Below are positions 46,791 to 56,357 of a stretch of 64,000 nucleotides of DNA, one piece after another; the stretch's first letter is position 1, and each line of letters opens with the position of its first letter. The stretch spans positions 128,001 to 192,000 of the forward strand of contig JBCBUK010000001.1 of NCBI GenBank assembly GCA_039818205.1, in the 5' to 3' direction. The DNA is from Verrucomicrobiota bacterium. GTDB taxonomy: Bacteria > Verrucomicrobiota > Verrucomicrobiia > Opitutales > Cerasicoccaceae. Both the position numbers and the translations under genes were made by a program. The notes beneath the pieces are model-generated. The model saw only the letters and a program-made list of their open reading frames with translations, was not told the DNA's origin and did not search any database.

Positions 46791-47825
46791 ATGAAGAATC
46801 AGACTTACAAGAACAGCACCGCCACATTGGTTGAAGTTGCCAAGATTGCTGGTGTCTCCCGTCAAACCGTTAGCCGAATACTCGGATCGGAAGCTAACAA
46901 GCACAAACCAGAGACGGTTAAGAAAGTTAAGGAGATCGCGAGCTCGCTCGGCTACCGGCCTAATCTGTTGGCGAAGAGTATCGTAGCGGGCAAAACGAAT
47001 AGCATCGGCATCCTTGTTCCCGTAATCAACAGCTTGGACGGCTTCTTCACGCAAGTCACCTATGGCATTCAATCCGCACTGATCGACACGGATATTATAC
47101 CAATTTTTCTTCACGCCTCCCCTGATGCTCCCGAACATCACCAGATCCACCGATTGGTCGACCGGCGGGTTGATGGCATTATCCTAATTCCTCAGAAAAC
47201 GGACGTTGCTCCGGATTACTTCTGCGAGATCACCTACCGCCGAATTCCGGTTGTCTGCGTGAACGAAAAGCTCACCAACATCGGTGCTGTTGATTTTGTG
47301 GGAACCGATGAAGCACGCGGTGGTCGTATCGCGGCTGAATATCTGTTGCGCATGGGCCATACAAACATCGGCTGCCTCCGCTGGAGCGGGAGTTCCGTCA
47401 ATCTTGGAAAACGGCTCCAGGGATTCACAAAAACCATTCATGAAGCTGAAGCCCGCCTCCAGGACATTGCTTTAGACGATTGGACCATTGATGGCTGCAT
47501 GCAAACGCTTTGCGAGGCACTCACCCAGCCAGATCGCCCAAGCGCATTTTTCTGCGTATCCGACCAGTATGCCGGTATCCTGTACAAGGCCGCCGAAAAA
47601 CTTGGCTTAACCATTCCAGACGACTTTTCAGTCCTCGGCTTTGCTAACCTTCCCTGGAGCGAGTTTCTATCGCCATCCCTAAGCACGATGAGCCAGGACG
47701 GCCAGCGCATTGGCGTCGAGGCCGCCAAACTGTTGCTTAGCCGCATCGAAGGCTCGACTGACCGCGCAAAAAACAAACGCGTCCCGGTGCGGCTTATTCA
47801 ACGCGATTCAGTGGCTCCTCGCTAA
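46791..47825 (+). CDS. LacI/GalR-family transcriptional regulator
   Basis: TLVEVAKIAGVSRQTVSRIL, LGYRPN, IPDDFSVLGF, PSLST and LIQRDS motifs. Confidence 0.95.
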   Translation: MKNQTYKNSTATLVEVAKIAGVSRQTVSRILGSEANKHKPETVKKVKEIASSLGYRPNLLAKSIVAGKTNSIGILVPVINSLDGFFTQVTYGIQSALIDTDIIPIFLHASPDAPEHHQIHRLVDRRVDGIILIPQKTDVAPDYFCEITYRRIPVVCVNEKLTNIGAVDFVGTDEARGGRIAAEYLLRMGHTNIGCLRWSGSSVNLGKRLQGFTKTIHEAEARLQDIALDDWTIDGCMQTLCEALTQPDRPSAFFCVSDQYAGILYKAAEKLGLTIPDDFSVLGFANLPWSEFLSPSLSTMSQDGQRIGVEAAKLLLSRIEGSTDRAKNKRVPVRLIQRDSVAPR

Positions 47826-47889
47826 CCAAGGGCAACCGCCTGGTTACCTGGCTCAGTTTCGCCAACGTCGACTCAGATCCTTGCGGCAT

Positions 47890-47924
47890 AAAAAACCCCT
47901 AGCTCACGAGTGAGCTAGAGGTTT
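47890..47924. terminator. Terminator between convergent LacI and PEP-CTERM genes
   Basis: A tract, then CTAGCTCAC-ga-GTGAGCTAG stem with an AAACC/GGTTT extension. Confidence 0.7.
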
Positions 47925-47945
47925 CGAAAACAATAGATCGATCAG

Positions 47946-48683
47946 TTAAGCAGACTTACGGCGGCGAACAATCGCAAATGCGAGCACACCAAGACCGAGC
48001 ACAGCTGCGTAAGTCGAAGGCTCAGGAACAACGGCAATTTGGATGCCATTCAGTGCACTGAACGAAGCAACGCCAGGGTCAGCACTGTCCCAGATTACGG
48101 AAATCTCACCGGAACCGTCAGCGACGATGTTGGAGAAAGTAACGTAATTCAAACCTTCGGTAAGCGCCGCGGCTGGGCCGTTACCGGACGAAACCTGAGT
48201 GTCCAATCCAATGGTGAAGCTACCACCTTGTCCGTTGGAGTCCCCCTGGGAGACAAACGCTAGATCATAAACGCCACCTGGAGCCAAACCATTCAACGTA
48301 ATCGTTTCAGCACCAACAGGTGATGCACCGAAACCGTTGTTTGGAGCCAGATAGTTATTTACGATCGCAGCTGGCGAACCAGCCTGGCTAAATGTAAACT
48401 GGTTACCGTTTCCACTAGTATTATCAATCGTATAGCCAAACGCGGTCGCAACACCATCGCTATCGAAGAGGCTTGAGCCCGCTCCGAAATTAGTGATGTC
48501 GTTCCAGGTAGTACCGGTATAGGCAAATGGAGAAACACCCGCGGCGAAGGCGGTTCCGTCGAGGTTCACGCCAGCATTCGATCCGCCGGTCGTAACAATG
48601 TTAACGTTAACCACCTGACCGCTGACCGTTAATGTCAAAAATGACATCGCTCCCAGCGCAGGAAGTAAGTATTTTTTCTTCAT
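47946..48683 (-). CDS. PEP-CTERM surface protein
   Basis: Signal peptide; VPEPSTYAAVLGLGVLAFAIVRRRK. Confidence 0.92.
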   Translation of the reverse strand: MKKKYLLPALGAMSFLTLTVSGQVVNVNIVTTGGSNAGVNLDGTAFAAGVSPFAYTGTTWNDITNFGAGSSLFDSDGVATAFGYTIDNTSGNGNQFTFSQAGSPAAIVNNYLAPNNGFGASPVGAETITLNGLAPGGVYDLAFVSQGDSNGQGGSFTIGLDTQVSSGNGPAAALTEGLNYVTFSNIVADGSGEISVIWDSADPGVASFSALNGIQIAVVPEPSTYAAVLGLGVLAFAIVRRRKSA

Positions 48684-49142
48684 GATAGATTAAGGGTTAT
48701 ATAAGGGGGTCGTAATGACGGAATATGTCAATAGACGCAATTGAAACGGTTGTAAAGCAAAATACCCAAAAACCTGCGAAAGCCTTATCAAACGGATAAG
48801 GTTAACTAATCAATTTTGCGCAAACGATGTGCTCTAGATCGCTAGAACCACTTCTAATCTCAATATTTCCGCAATCTTTACAGACGGTCCCCGCATCGCA
48901 TTTTCAGCCCTTGTCGAAGCAAATACATAGATTCATGACGATTTTTGAATAGTCATTTCTCGACCAATTCATCATCGGCGACGAGGTTTATCTTGCCATC
49001 GAGACAATTACGGATGGGGCTCCGGTCGATAGATTTTGTCAAAAAACCCGCCTGTGTTCATAAATCCGTAAACCACTAAAGACCAACTAGTTAAATTTTT
49101 CAGTTTAGTTTTCGCTGGCTACCGTCGATAAAAGAGGAACAC

Positions 49143-50780
49143 ATGAGGGGGGAATCAATAGCAGTATCATTGCTGAAAATGCCGGTCTTGACGGCTTTGT
49201 TCGCGAGTGCACTGTCCGGCCAGGTCGACATTATCTCGACGTCACCGTCAGTCAATCTGGACGGGATTAACTCGCAAGGTACGGGAATCTACCAGGACTT
49301 GCGAAATAACGGCCTCCCCGAAAACAACGTACTCTATCTTTTTGTCGAGCAGCAGAACGTGACCCTTGGTTCCAACTTAGTCGTCGGGGAAATCCAGGAT
49401 GGCGTGGCTTACGACCAAGGGAATAAACCATCGAACACGACTATCGCAGCTGGAACAACCGTCTCGAGTATTTTCCTTCACTATAATAGAAACAGTGGTT
49501 CCGGCGAATTAACCGGGCAGTTTGAATTCAATCGTGAGGTGCTCGGCCTTTCTTGGGCCTCAGGAACGGGCAATGCGTCATTGGTCCAATCCGACTTCAT
49601 GGGCATCCCTGGAACCTTGTTTCAATCCAATGGGGGCAATGCGCGCGGTGTATTCGAGAATTTCGATACGATTACGGTCAACGGATCCACCGTAGACTTC
49701 GCGCTCCGGATGAGCTCGAACTTCATCGACCAGTTTCGACTCATTCTGAACGCAACCCCATACTTTTACTGGGACCTCAACGGGAGCACACCAGGCGCAG
49801 GCGGAGCGACCCCAAATGGCACGTGGAACAACACGAATACTTTCTGGAGCACTGCAATCGAGGGCGACATTAGCACCAGCATATTTGCATTCGACAGTAT
49901 TGCGGTCTTCTCCGCGGGCGACGATGCAACAGGAACCTACTCTATCGAAAAAGACGATACCGAGAGTATCAACGGGCTAAACTTTCAGGATGGAAACGTA
50001 TCCATCGTCGACAATAGCGGGACCAAAGGGGTTTTGAACCTCAACACGGTTGATGGAGTCAACCCCGGCATCAACGTGAACGATGGGGCGACGGGAACGA
50101 TACAGATCGAGATCAACGACGGCGGCAACGGCATCCGGAAAACCGGCACCGGAACCCTCGAGTTTGGCGATACACCCGTTGGATCGACGATGAGCATTTC
50201 CGGTGAGCTCGACATCCAAGTCGGAACGGTAAACCTCAACAACAGTAACAATACCGACTACATCACGGGGAATGTTTCAATCAACTCTGGCACAACCTTG
50301 ATTCTTTCTGCGGATAACCAAATGGCTGCGTCATCCAATATGACGATCGATGGAGGCACATTCCAGGTTGATAATGCCAGTGACACCCTCGGCACGCTAA
50401 CCCTCAGCGACGATTCGGTCATCGATTTTTCAGGCTCCAACGCAGACGTTCGATTTGCCGACTCATCCAGCGAGTCCTGGGGCTCATCAACGCTGACCAT
50501 CAGTGACTGGGACGGACGACTTGTCGGAGGCGGGAATGAGCAACTGTTCTTTGGAAACTCTGCCAGCGGCCTCAACGGCTCTCAGATACAAAACGTATTT
50601 TTTGAGAACCCGATGGGGCTCCCCGCCGGCACCTACGGGGCTCGAATTTTGACAACAGGAGAGGTTGTCCCAGTCGTCCCAGAACCATCGACCTACCTGT
50701 TTGGGGCTTCGTTGGTGGGATTTTTGGCGTATTTTCATCTGCGCCGGCGCCGAAAGCCTAAGGCCACCTTGCAAAGCTAG
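49143..50780 (+). CDS. PEP-CTERM surface protein with autotransporter-associated beta-strand-like repeats
   Basis: YWDLNGSTPGAGGATPNGTW, IRKTGTGTLEF, LGTLTLSDDSVIDF; VPEPSTY + TM + RRRRK. Confidence 0.9.
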   Translation: MRGESIAVSLLKMPVLTALFASALSGQVDIISTSPSVNLDGINSQGTGIYQDLRNNGLPENNVLYLFVEQQNVTLGSNLVVGEIQDGVAYDQGNKPSNTTIAAGTTVSSIFLHYNRNSGSGELTGQFEFNREVLGLSWASGTGNASLVQSDFMGIPGTLFQSNGGNARGVFENFDTITVNGSTVDFALRMSSNFIDQFRLILNATPYFYWDLNGSTPGAGGATPNGTWNNTNTFWSTAIEGDISTSIFAFDSIAVFSAGDDATGTYSIEKDDTESINGLNFQDGNVSIVDNSGTKGVLNLNTVDGVNPGINVNDGATGTIQIEINDGGNGIRKTGTGTLEFGDTPVGSTMSISGELDIQVGTVNLNNSNNTDYITGNVSINSGTTLILSADNQMAASSNMTIDGGTFQVDNASDTLGTLTLSDDSVIDFSGSNADVRFADSSSESWGSSTLTISDWDGRLVGGGNEQLFFGNSASGLNGSQIQNVFFENPMGLPAGTYGARILTTGEVVPVVPEPSTYLFGASLVGFLAYFHLRRRRKPKATLQS

Positions 50781-50935
50781 CCGAAAGATAGCTCGGTAAT
50801 TTTCGGGCTCTATCCCTGTCCGTCCTTAATGTTGATGGGACCCATACAGGTGCTAAACCTCAATTTGGTCAATTTTTCTAGCGCTCCTTGACAGAACCGG
50901 TTATGCATGGAAGCTGATTTACGAGGTAACCTCAA

Positions 50936-53062
50936 ATGAAGACCGAACTTTATACTTTTTGCACCGCATTCTCGGAAACGCTGGAACCCCTAGGCACGAC
51001 TCTTAGCGAGTCACTTAAAGCTTTGGAGAGCCAAACAGACGCCGCCACATTTCGTGCCCCGGCGATGCACGTTCGTGAGATTAATCACCAGCTAAGCACC
51101 CTTCAGAAGAAGATCAGCAATCAGCAGTCTTACCTGTTGATTTTCGGCCCACTCAAGAGTGGCAAGTCGACCCTAATGAATGCAATCAGCGGCGCCTACG
51201 TTAGCGAGGTTTCCAGCCTGCCTGCCTATCCCGCAATGGTTTACGTCACGCACGGCAGCAAGAAACGTTTCAGCGCGACTACTTACAACGGCACTGAAAA
51301 GGAGTTTGGCGACGAGGCTGGCATGGCCGCCTCCATTCGCGACGCCCACGCCCTACTCGCTGAGCGCTTACTCAACGCTGAGCAGCGTGCCGAAGAATTC
51401 GACCCGGCAAATCACCTACCCGAAGCACTTCGACGCGTTGATGTCGAAATTCCCGCCGATAATTTGCGCAACTCCGGCATGGTCCTCGTTGACACCCCGG
51501 GGCTCTATAGCCGCATGAAGTTTGGTTACGACCTCATGACGCGTGAGTTCCGCGACACCGCCGCGTGTGCCATCTTCGTGGTAAAGAGTGACAACTTGTT
51601 CTTTGAGAAGGTGTTCGAAGAATTCAATCAGTTGCTCGGCAACTTCAGCCGCATTTTCCTCGTTGTTAACATCGACAGCAATAAGAAGGATCTGAATCCC
51701 GACGGCAGCTTGACGCCGGCTCTTGAAAGCCGTTCGCCTGAAGAAGTCGTCAAGGCGTTCCAGTCGTTGTCCATGTCAGCTCCTTTGCGAGAAGCCTACG
51801 AGAGCAACCGCCTGAATGTTTATACGATCGACCTACTCAAGGCCGCCCAGGACCATATCCGTCATACCCAAGCCGCTGGCGATACGGTTGAGTCGGAGGA
51901 CGAGGTCGCCGAAGAGCCCGCTAACGACGGAGCGAAGATCGACGATTTCATTCATGATCTGACTGAGTATCTCAATAGTAGCGATTATCTTCAGGACTTC
52001 ATTTCGGACAGTATCCGCAGCAGCCAGTCTCTCGCCGCGGGCGCCATCGACGTATTTAATTCCGAGGCGATTGGAGCGATGAAGATTCAGGCGAAGCGCC
52101 TGCAAGAACGTCACGACGACATCAACCAACGCCTGGAAAGCATCGTCAAACTAGGCGAAGTTGATTGGGAAAGCGCATTCGACCATCTGTTCACGGAGAA
52201 GGAGCGCATGGTTGCTGAAATCGCCCGCAACTACTCCGATGAACTCAGCAAGAGCATGAGTGCGCAGGTCGATGATTGGTTCCACACTGACGCCAGCTTA
52301 AACGATCTCCTTTCGGGCTTGAACAGCACGGTCCAAACAGCCGTCGAGAAGGACCTCAAGGCACACACCGCTGAGCTCAAGGACCTAATGTCCAATTCGA
52401 TGGGTGGAGCCCGCTTGTCGGAAGCGGATCACAAGGAACTTGAACGGACTGGCCTATCGATCGAGAGCTCAGTCCCTGCCCTACTCGCCCGCCTCGAGAA
52501 AGATTTCGAGCTTCCCGCAAATCCAATCACCATTTCCGCAGACATCGTTCCGGTTAAGCGTGTATTCTTCTGGGACGTCATTTGCTTCCGTAGCGAAGAT
52601 AAGGTTCGGACCAAGATCTTTGGTGACGAGGACAGCGAGCCGATTCCATCGATTATCAAAACAAAGCGCCTCACCGGCGAAGGTATCGAGCGGATCCGCC
52701 AAGAGGTTCTCAAGTATCCTGAGGGCGAGCTTCCGAATAAACTGAAAGCTCACCTCGAATCGATCCTCAACAGCTACGTCGCGGCTTACAAAGAATCGAT
52801 GACTCAGCAGATTGGCGAACTAAAGAACCGCGTAACTCAGCGCAAAGTCGAGGCCGTCAAGGCAATCAACGACAACCGCAAAGTGCGCCAACAGTTCGAA
52901 GAGCTGATTGCCTTCTGTGAGCGCTTCCACCAGGAAGCAGAATCGATCAAGGAACGCTTCCAGCCACAGGATATTATCGCTGAAAGTGGCGAAGGTGAAG
53001 AAGACCCGATCATGGTTGAATTCCCCGAGATTGAAGAAGGCGAAGACCTTCAAGAGGTCTAA
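50936..53062 (+). CDS. Bacterial dynamin-like GTPase
   Basis: G1 GPLKSGKST, G3 LVDTPG, degenerate G4 (VVNID), long C-terminal helical/coiled-coil stalk. Confidence 0.8.
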   Translation: MKTELYTFCTAFSETLEPLGTTLSESLKALESQTDAATFRAPAMHVREINHQLSTLQKKISNQQSYLLIFGPLKSGKSTLMNAISGAYVSEVSSLPAYPAMVYVTHGSKKRFSATTYNGTEKEFGDEAGMAASIRDAHALLAERLLNAEQRAEEFDPANHLPEALRRVDVEIPADNLRNSGMVLVDTPGLYSRMKFGYDLMTREFRDTAACAIFVVKSDNLFFEKVFEEFNQLLGNFSRIFLVVNIDSNKKDLNPDGSLTPALESRSPEEVVKAFQSLSMSAPLREAYESNRLNVYTIDLLKAAQDHIRHTQAAGDTVESEDEVAEEPANDGAKIDDFIHDLTEYLNSSDYLQDFISDSIRSSQSLAAGAIDVFNSEAIGAMKIQAKRLQERHDDINQRLESIVKLGEVDWESAFDHLFTEKERMVAEIARNYSDELSKSMSAQVDDWFHTDASLNDLLSGLNSTVQTAVEKDLKAHTAELKDLMSNSMGGARLSEADHKELERTGLSIESSVPALLARLEKDFELPANPITISADIVPVKRVFFWDVICFRSEDKVRTKIFGDEDSEPIPSIIKTKRLTGEGIERIRQEVLKYPEGELPNKLKAHLESILNSYVAAYKESMTQQIGELKNRVTQRKVEAVKAINDNRKVRQQFEELIAFCERFHQEAESIKERFQPQDIIAESGEGEEDPIMVEFPEIEEGEDLQEV

Positions 53063-53089
53063 ACCATTTCAAGCGACCATTTTAATTTT

Positions 53090-53121
53090 AAAGTCCGAGC
53101 TGATCAGCTCGGACTTTTTTT
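53090..53121 (+). terminator. Intrinsic terminator (28-bp perfect palindrome plus T tract)
   Basis: AAAGTCCGAGCTGATCAGCTCGGACTTT followed by TTTT. Confidence 0.88.
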
Positions 53122-53238
53122 GTCTATTCTGGTCAACAATTTCGATTTACGGACGCTGAGGATTCGACATTCGTCACCCCGACCATTTAACTGACGACAG
53201 CTTTCTTGCTAACACTAACTTCTGCTGCACGCCTCACC

Positions 53239-54771
53239 ATGGATTCCGGACTCTACCACTGCCTAGACGAACAGGCGGCTTCTCGGCCCAATGAAATATA
53301 CCTCTACTACCAAGAAGAGACCGTTACCTTTTCTCAGGCTCGAGACCGGACGGACAAACTCGGAGCTGCCTTGATTCGCTCGGGGATTAAACCCGGTGAT
53401 CGCGTTGCGATGATGATGCCCAACCGCCCCGAACTCGTTTTCGCATATTTTGCGTGCTGGCGAATCGGCGCCATCGCCGTTCCCTTGAACACTCGCTACC
53501 AGCGACGTGAAGTGAGCTACGTCCTGGAGCACTCTGGGGCGATCGCACTCATCGTAAGCGAAGACTACTTCAATTTAGTTGAGCCACTTTGCCGCAAAGG
53601 TGACCTCCACGACCACACCATTATCGTCGATGGCAAGAAGGCCAACATCGCGCATTGGATCGACTTTCAAGACTTCATGGAAGACTCCAATGAACCCGTT
53701 GACTGGCCCACGGTTGAGCCCGACATGCTTGCAATCATGCTCCACACGTCAGGCTCAACCGCCAACCCCAAGGGCGTGATGCACAGCCACCGTTCTCTGT
53801 TCCACATCGCCGAGCTATGCGGGAAGACGCTCATTAATGATCAGTGCAAAGTCTCGGCAGTTTATCTCTCTATTCTCTATATCGGAGGCCTGACGCTCCA
53901 GCTGCTCCGAAACACGCTCTTTGGGCGGGCTTGTGCACTGCTACCCAACCGCCAACCCGATGAGTTTATCGAAGCGCTAAAGAAATTTCCGATTACCGAT
54001 GCGACTTTGATGCCGACCGACATCATCTTTGTCCTTGAGCATCCAGAGGCCGAAGCACTCGATTGGAGTTCGATCTACACCATTACCACCGGCGGCGATA
54101 AGCCATCCTCCGACGTTCATGCGAATTTAAAACGGATCACGGGTATCGACGCGCTCGAGATGTATGGTATGACCGAAATTGGTCTCGTGACATCAAACGA
54201 CCTTGATGGCCCAAAAGTCATTGGCTCGATGGGTAAGGTGATTGAACCCGTCCAACTCGAAGTGCGCGATGCCAATAACGCGGTTGTTCCAACAAATGAG
54301 ATCGGAGAGCTCTGGGTGAAGTCTCCTGGCAACATGATGTTCTATTGGAACAACCCACAGGCAACCAAGGAAACTATGGTCGATGGCTGGATCAAAACCG
54401 GCGACCTCGTCCGCTGTGACGAGAATGGATACTATTGGTTCGAAGGCCGCAGCAAACTCATCATCGTCCGCAGCGGTTCAAACATCGCCCCTCAGGAAGT
54501 CGAGGACGTGATTGACCATAACCCAGCCGTACTTTGCAGCTGCGTTGTTGGGGTGCCCGATCCGAAATGGGGCGAGCGTGTCCGCGCCTATGTTGAGCTC
54601 AACCATGAATACGAACCCACGCCCACCGAAGCTGAGTTGATCGAGTACGCCCGCCACCATATCGCGCGCTACAAAGCACCCGAGGAAATTGTTTTCCTTG
54701 ATGCAATGCCAACAAACTCTTCCGGCAAACTCGATCGCGCGAAGTTGCGACGCATGGCCTCCGAAAGCTGA
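53239..54771 (+). CDS. Class I adenylate-forming enzyme (acyl-CoA ligase)
   Basis: HTSGSTANPKGV, YGMTE, GWIKTGDL, GSNIAPQEVE and SGKLDR motifs. Confidence 0.93.
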   Translation: MDSGLYHCLDEQAASRPNEIYLYYQEETVTFSQARDRTDKLGAALIRSGIKPGDRVAMMMPNRPELVFAYFACWRIGAIAVPLNTRYQRREVSYVLEHSGAIALIVSEDYFNLVEPLCRKGDLHDHTIIVDGKKANIAHWIDFQDFMEDSNEPVDWPTVEPDMLAIMLHTSGSTANPKGVMHSHRSLFHIAELCGKTLINDQCKVSAVYLSILYIGGLTLQLLRNTLFGRACALLPNRQPDEFIEALKKFPITDATLMPTDIIFVLEHPEAEALDWSSIYTITTGGDKPSSDVHANLKRITGIDALEMYGMTEIGLVTSNDLDGPKVIGSMGKVIEPVQLEVRDANNAVVPTNEIGELWVKSPGNMMFYWNNPQATKETMVDGWIKTGDLVRCDENGYYWFEGRSKLIIVRSGSNIAPQEVEDVIDHNPAVLCSCVVGVPDPKWGERVRAYVELNHEYEPTPTEAELIEYARHHIARYKAPEEIVFLDAMPTNSSGKLDRAKLRRMASES

Positions 54772-54821
54772 GCGATTTCAAGCGGCAAACACGTGACCTT
54801 GTGCTGCTCTCCCGAGCTCCT

Positions 54822-56237
54822 TTATTCGATTGCCGGAAGCACTAAATCCATCTGCGTGTTGCCATACGCAACCTGCTTCAACATGACCTCTTTGTCGTAG
54901 TCACTCATTGAATGGTCGCTGTTGATCGCGTGATGAACCGCACCCGGATCGACTTCATACCAAACCTTCGCAGCGTACCGCATCAGATTGTAGCGGCTGC
55001 TGTCGCTCACGCTGGACGCCAACTCAAATGCTGCTTCAGGTGATCGATCAACCAATGGATACACCGCGCCCTGCACAGCCTTTTGGTGAGCCGGCGAACC
55101 ATTGAGACCCGAAATCCAAGACATCGCGGCATCCGGGTCTCGTGTTGCCCAAATGCGAGCTACCTCTTTGGCGGCAACCGGCTGCATCTCTTCTGGAAAT
55201 TGGCTCAGGCTTTGAGACGCATTGACCGGATCATCGTGAGCCAACCTCACCGCAACCTGTTGGAGTAATTCACCACCAACCGAACCTTCGGCCTGCAATG
55301 CGTAGTTGAACGCACCATTCACATCCACATTCAGCCAAGCATCCACCGCTACCGCTAATGCCTGCTCTTGCGCGGTGGCGTCGGGGAGATTTTCCGCCCA
55401 ACTGAGTGCAGCCTGAATGTCTTCTTTCGCCAGCATCTGAGAATACTGACAAGCTAAGGCAGTTTTTTGGCTTCCGGATGCCATATCTTCAATCAGGTAT
55501 CCGGCGTTCACGGGATCCTGCTGCATGTAAGCAACCATCACTGTCCCATATAAATTCTGAAGACGGCGATCGACGGGCTGCGTTTCGATCCAATTAAATA
55601 CGGCATCGATGTCTTCCTGCGCCCATGCTTCAGCAACCTTTGCTAGCGCAAGGTCACGACCATAGCCGGGCAGCATCTCCTCAGCCGCCGTCATCGCAGA
55701 CTCGGGATCTGCCTTGGCATATCCAGCATACACCGATGCCAAGAGCACCTCTCGTTCGCTGTTGTTTTCAAATTGATCAACCCACCTCAAAGCGGCGCCG
55801 ACATCGGATTTCGCCATGCTTCCGAGTGCAACTGAAAGAAAATCCAAACGTCCCTCACCCGACTCCATCTCCATAGCATATTTCACCGCCGCGGCTGGGT
55901 TATCATCGGCCCAAAACTGCATCACGACCTCCATCAGGGCATGTTTCTGGGCATCGCTCGTCGACATTCGGAGTTCGTCAACAAGTGCCTTTGGATTACT
56001 GCGATCCACCATGTCTCGCATACTTCGATTCAGCTCATCGATACTCAACTGAGCTTCGGATCCGCCACGGTGCTCGTCCGACCGCGACATTCCACGCTTG
56101 TCGTCGAGGGCCTGCGAAACCGTGTAGTTAGTGATATCAGTGGACTGCGGAGAAGACTGTTCGCCGAGATAAAAGCCAATAGCGACGCCAGCGCAAAGAC
56201 TAGCCGCCGCAATTCCAAGGGAGATTTGCCAACGCAT
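54822..56237 (-). CDS. Membrane-anchored alpha-helical repeat protein of unknown function
   Basis: N-terminal TM; repeated WA..DP.AA..W units typical of verrucomicrobial hypothetical proteins. Confidence 0.8.
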   Translation of the reverse strand: MRWQISLGIAAASLCAGVAIGFYLGEQSSPQSTDITNYTVSQALDDKRGMSRSDEHRGGSEAQLSIDELNRSMRDMVDRSNPKALVDELRMSTSDAQKHALMEVVMQFWADDNPAAAVKYAMEMESGEGRLDFLSVALGSMAKSDVGAALRWVDQFENNSEREVLLASVYAGYAKADPESAMTAAEEMLPGYGRDLALAKVAEAWAQEDIDAVFNWIETQPVDRRLQNLYGTVMVAYMQQDPVNAGYLIEDMASGSQKTALACQYSQMLAKEDIQAALSWAENLPDATAQEQALAVAVDAWLNVDVNGAFNYALQAEGSVGGELLQQVAVRLAHDDPVNASQSLSQFPEEMQPVAAKEVARIWATRDPDAAMSWISGLNGSPAHQKAVQGAVYPLVDRSPEAAFELASSVSDSSRYNLMRYAAKVWYEVDPGAVHHAINSDHSMSDYDKEVMLKQVAYGNTQMDLVLPAIE

Positions 56238-56303
56238 GATTCAACGAGATGAGGGTAAGTGGGTAAGAAGTCATTTAAGCACTTGGACCAAAAGGTTCGA
56301 GAG

Positions 56304-56338
56304 AAAAAAGCAGGCGCCCAATCGCCTGGGCGCCTGCT
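56304..56338 (-). terminator. Intrinsic terminator
   Basis: AGCAGGCGCCCA-atcgcc-TGGGCGCCTGCT stem with an adjacent A tract (U tract on the minus strand). Confidence 0.85.
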
Positions 56339-56357
56339 GATACCATGCAAAATCGGT

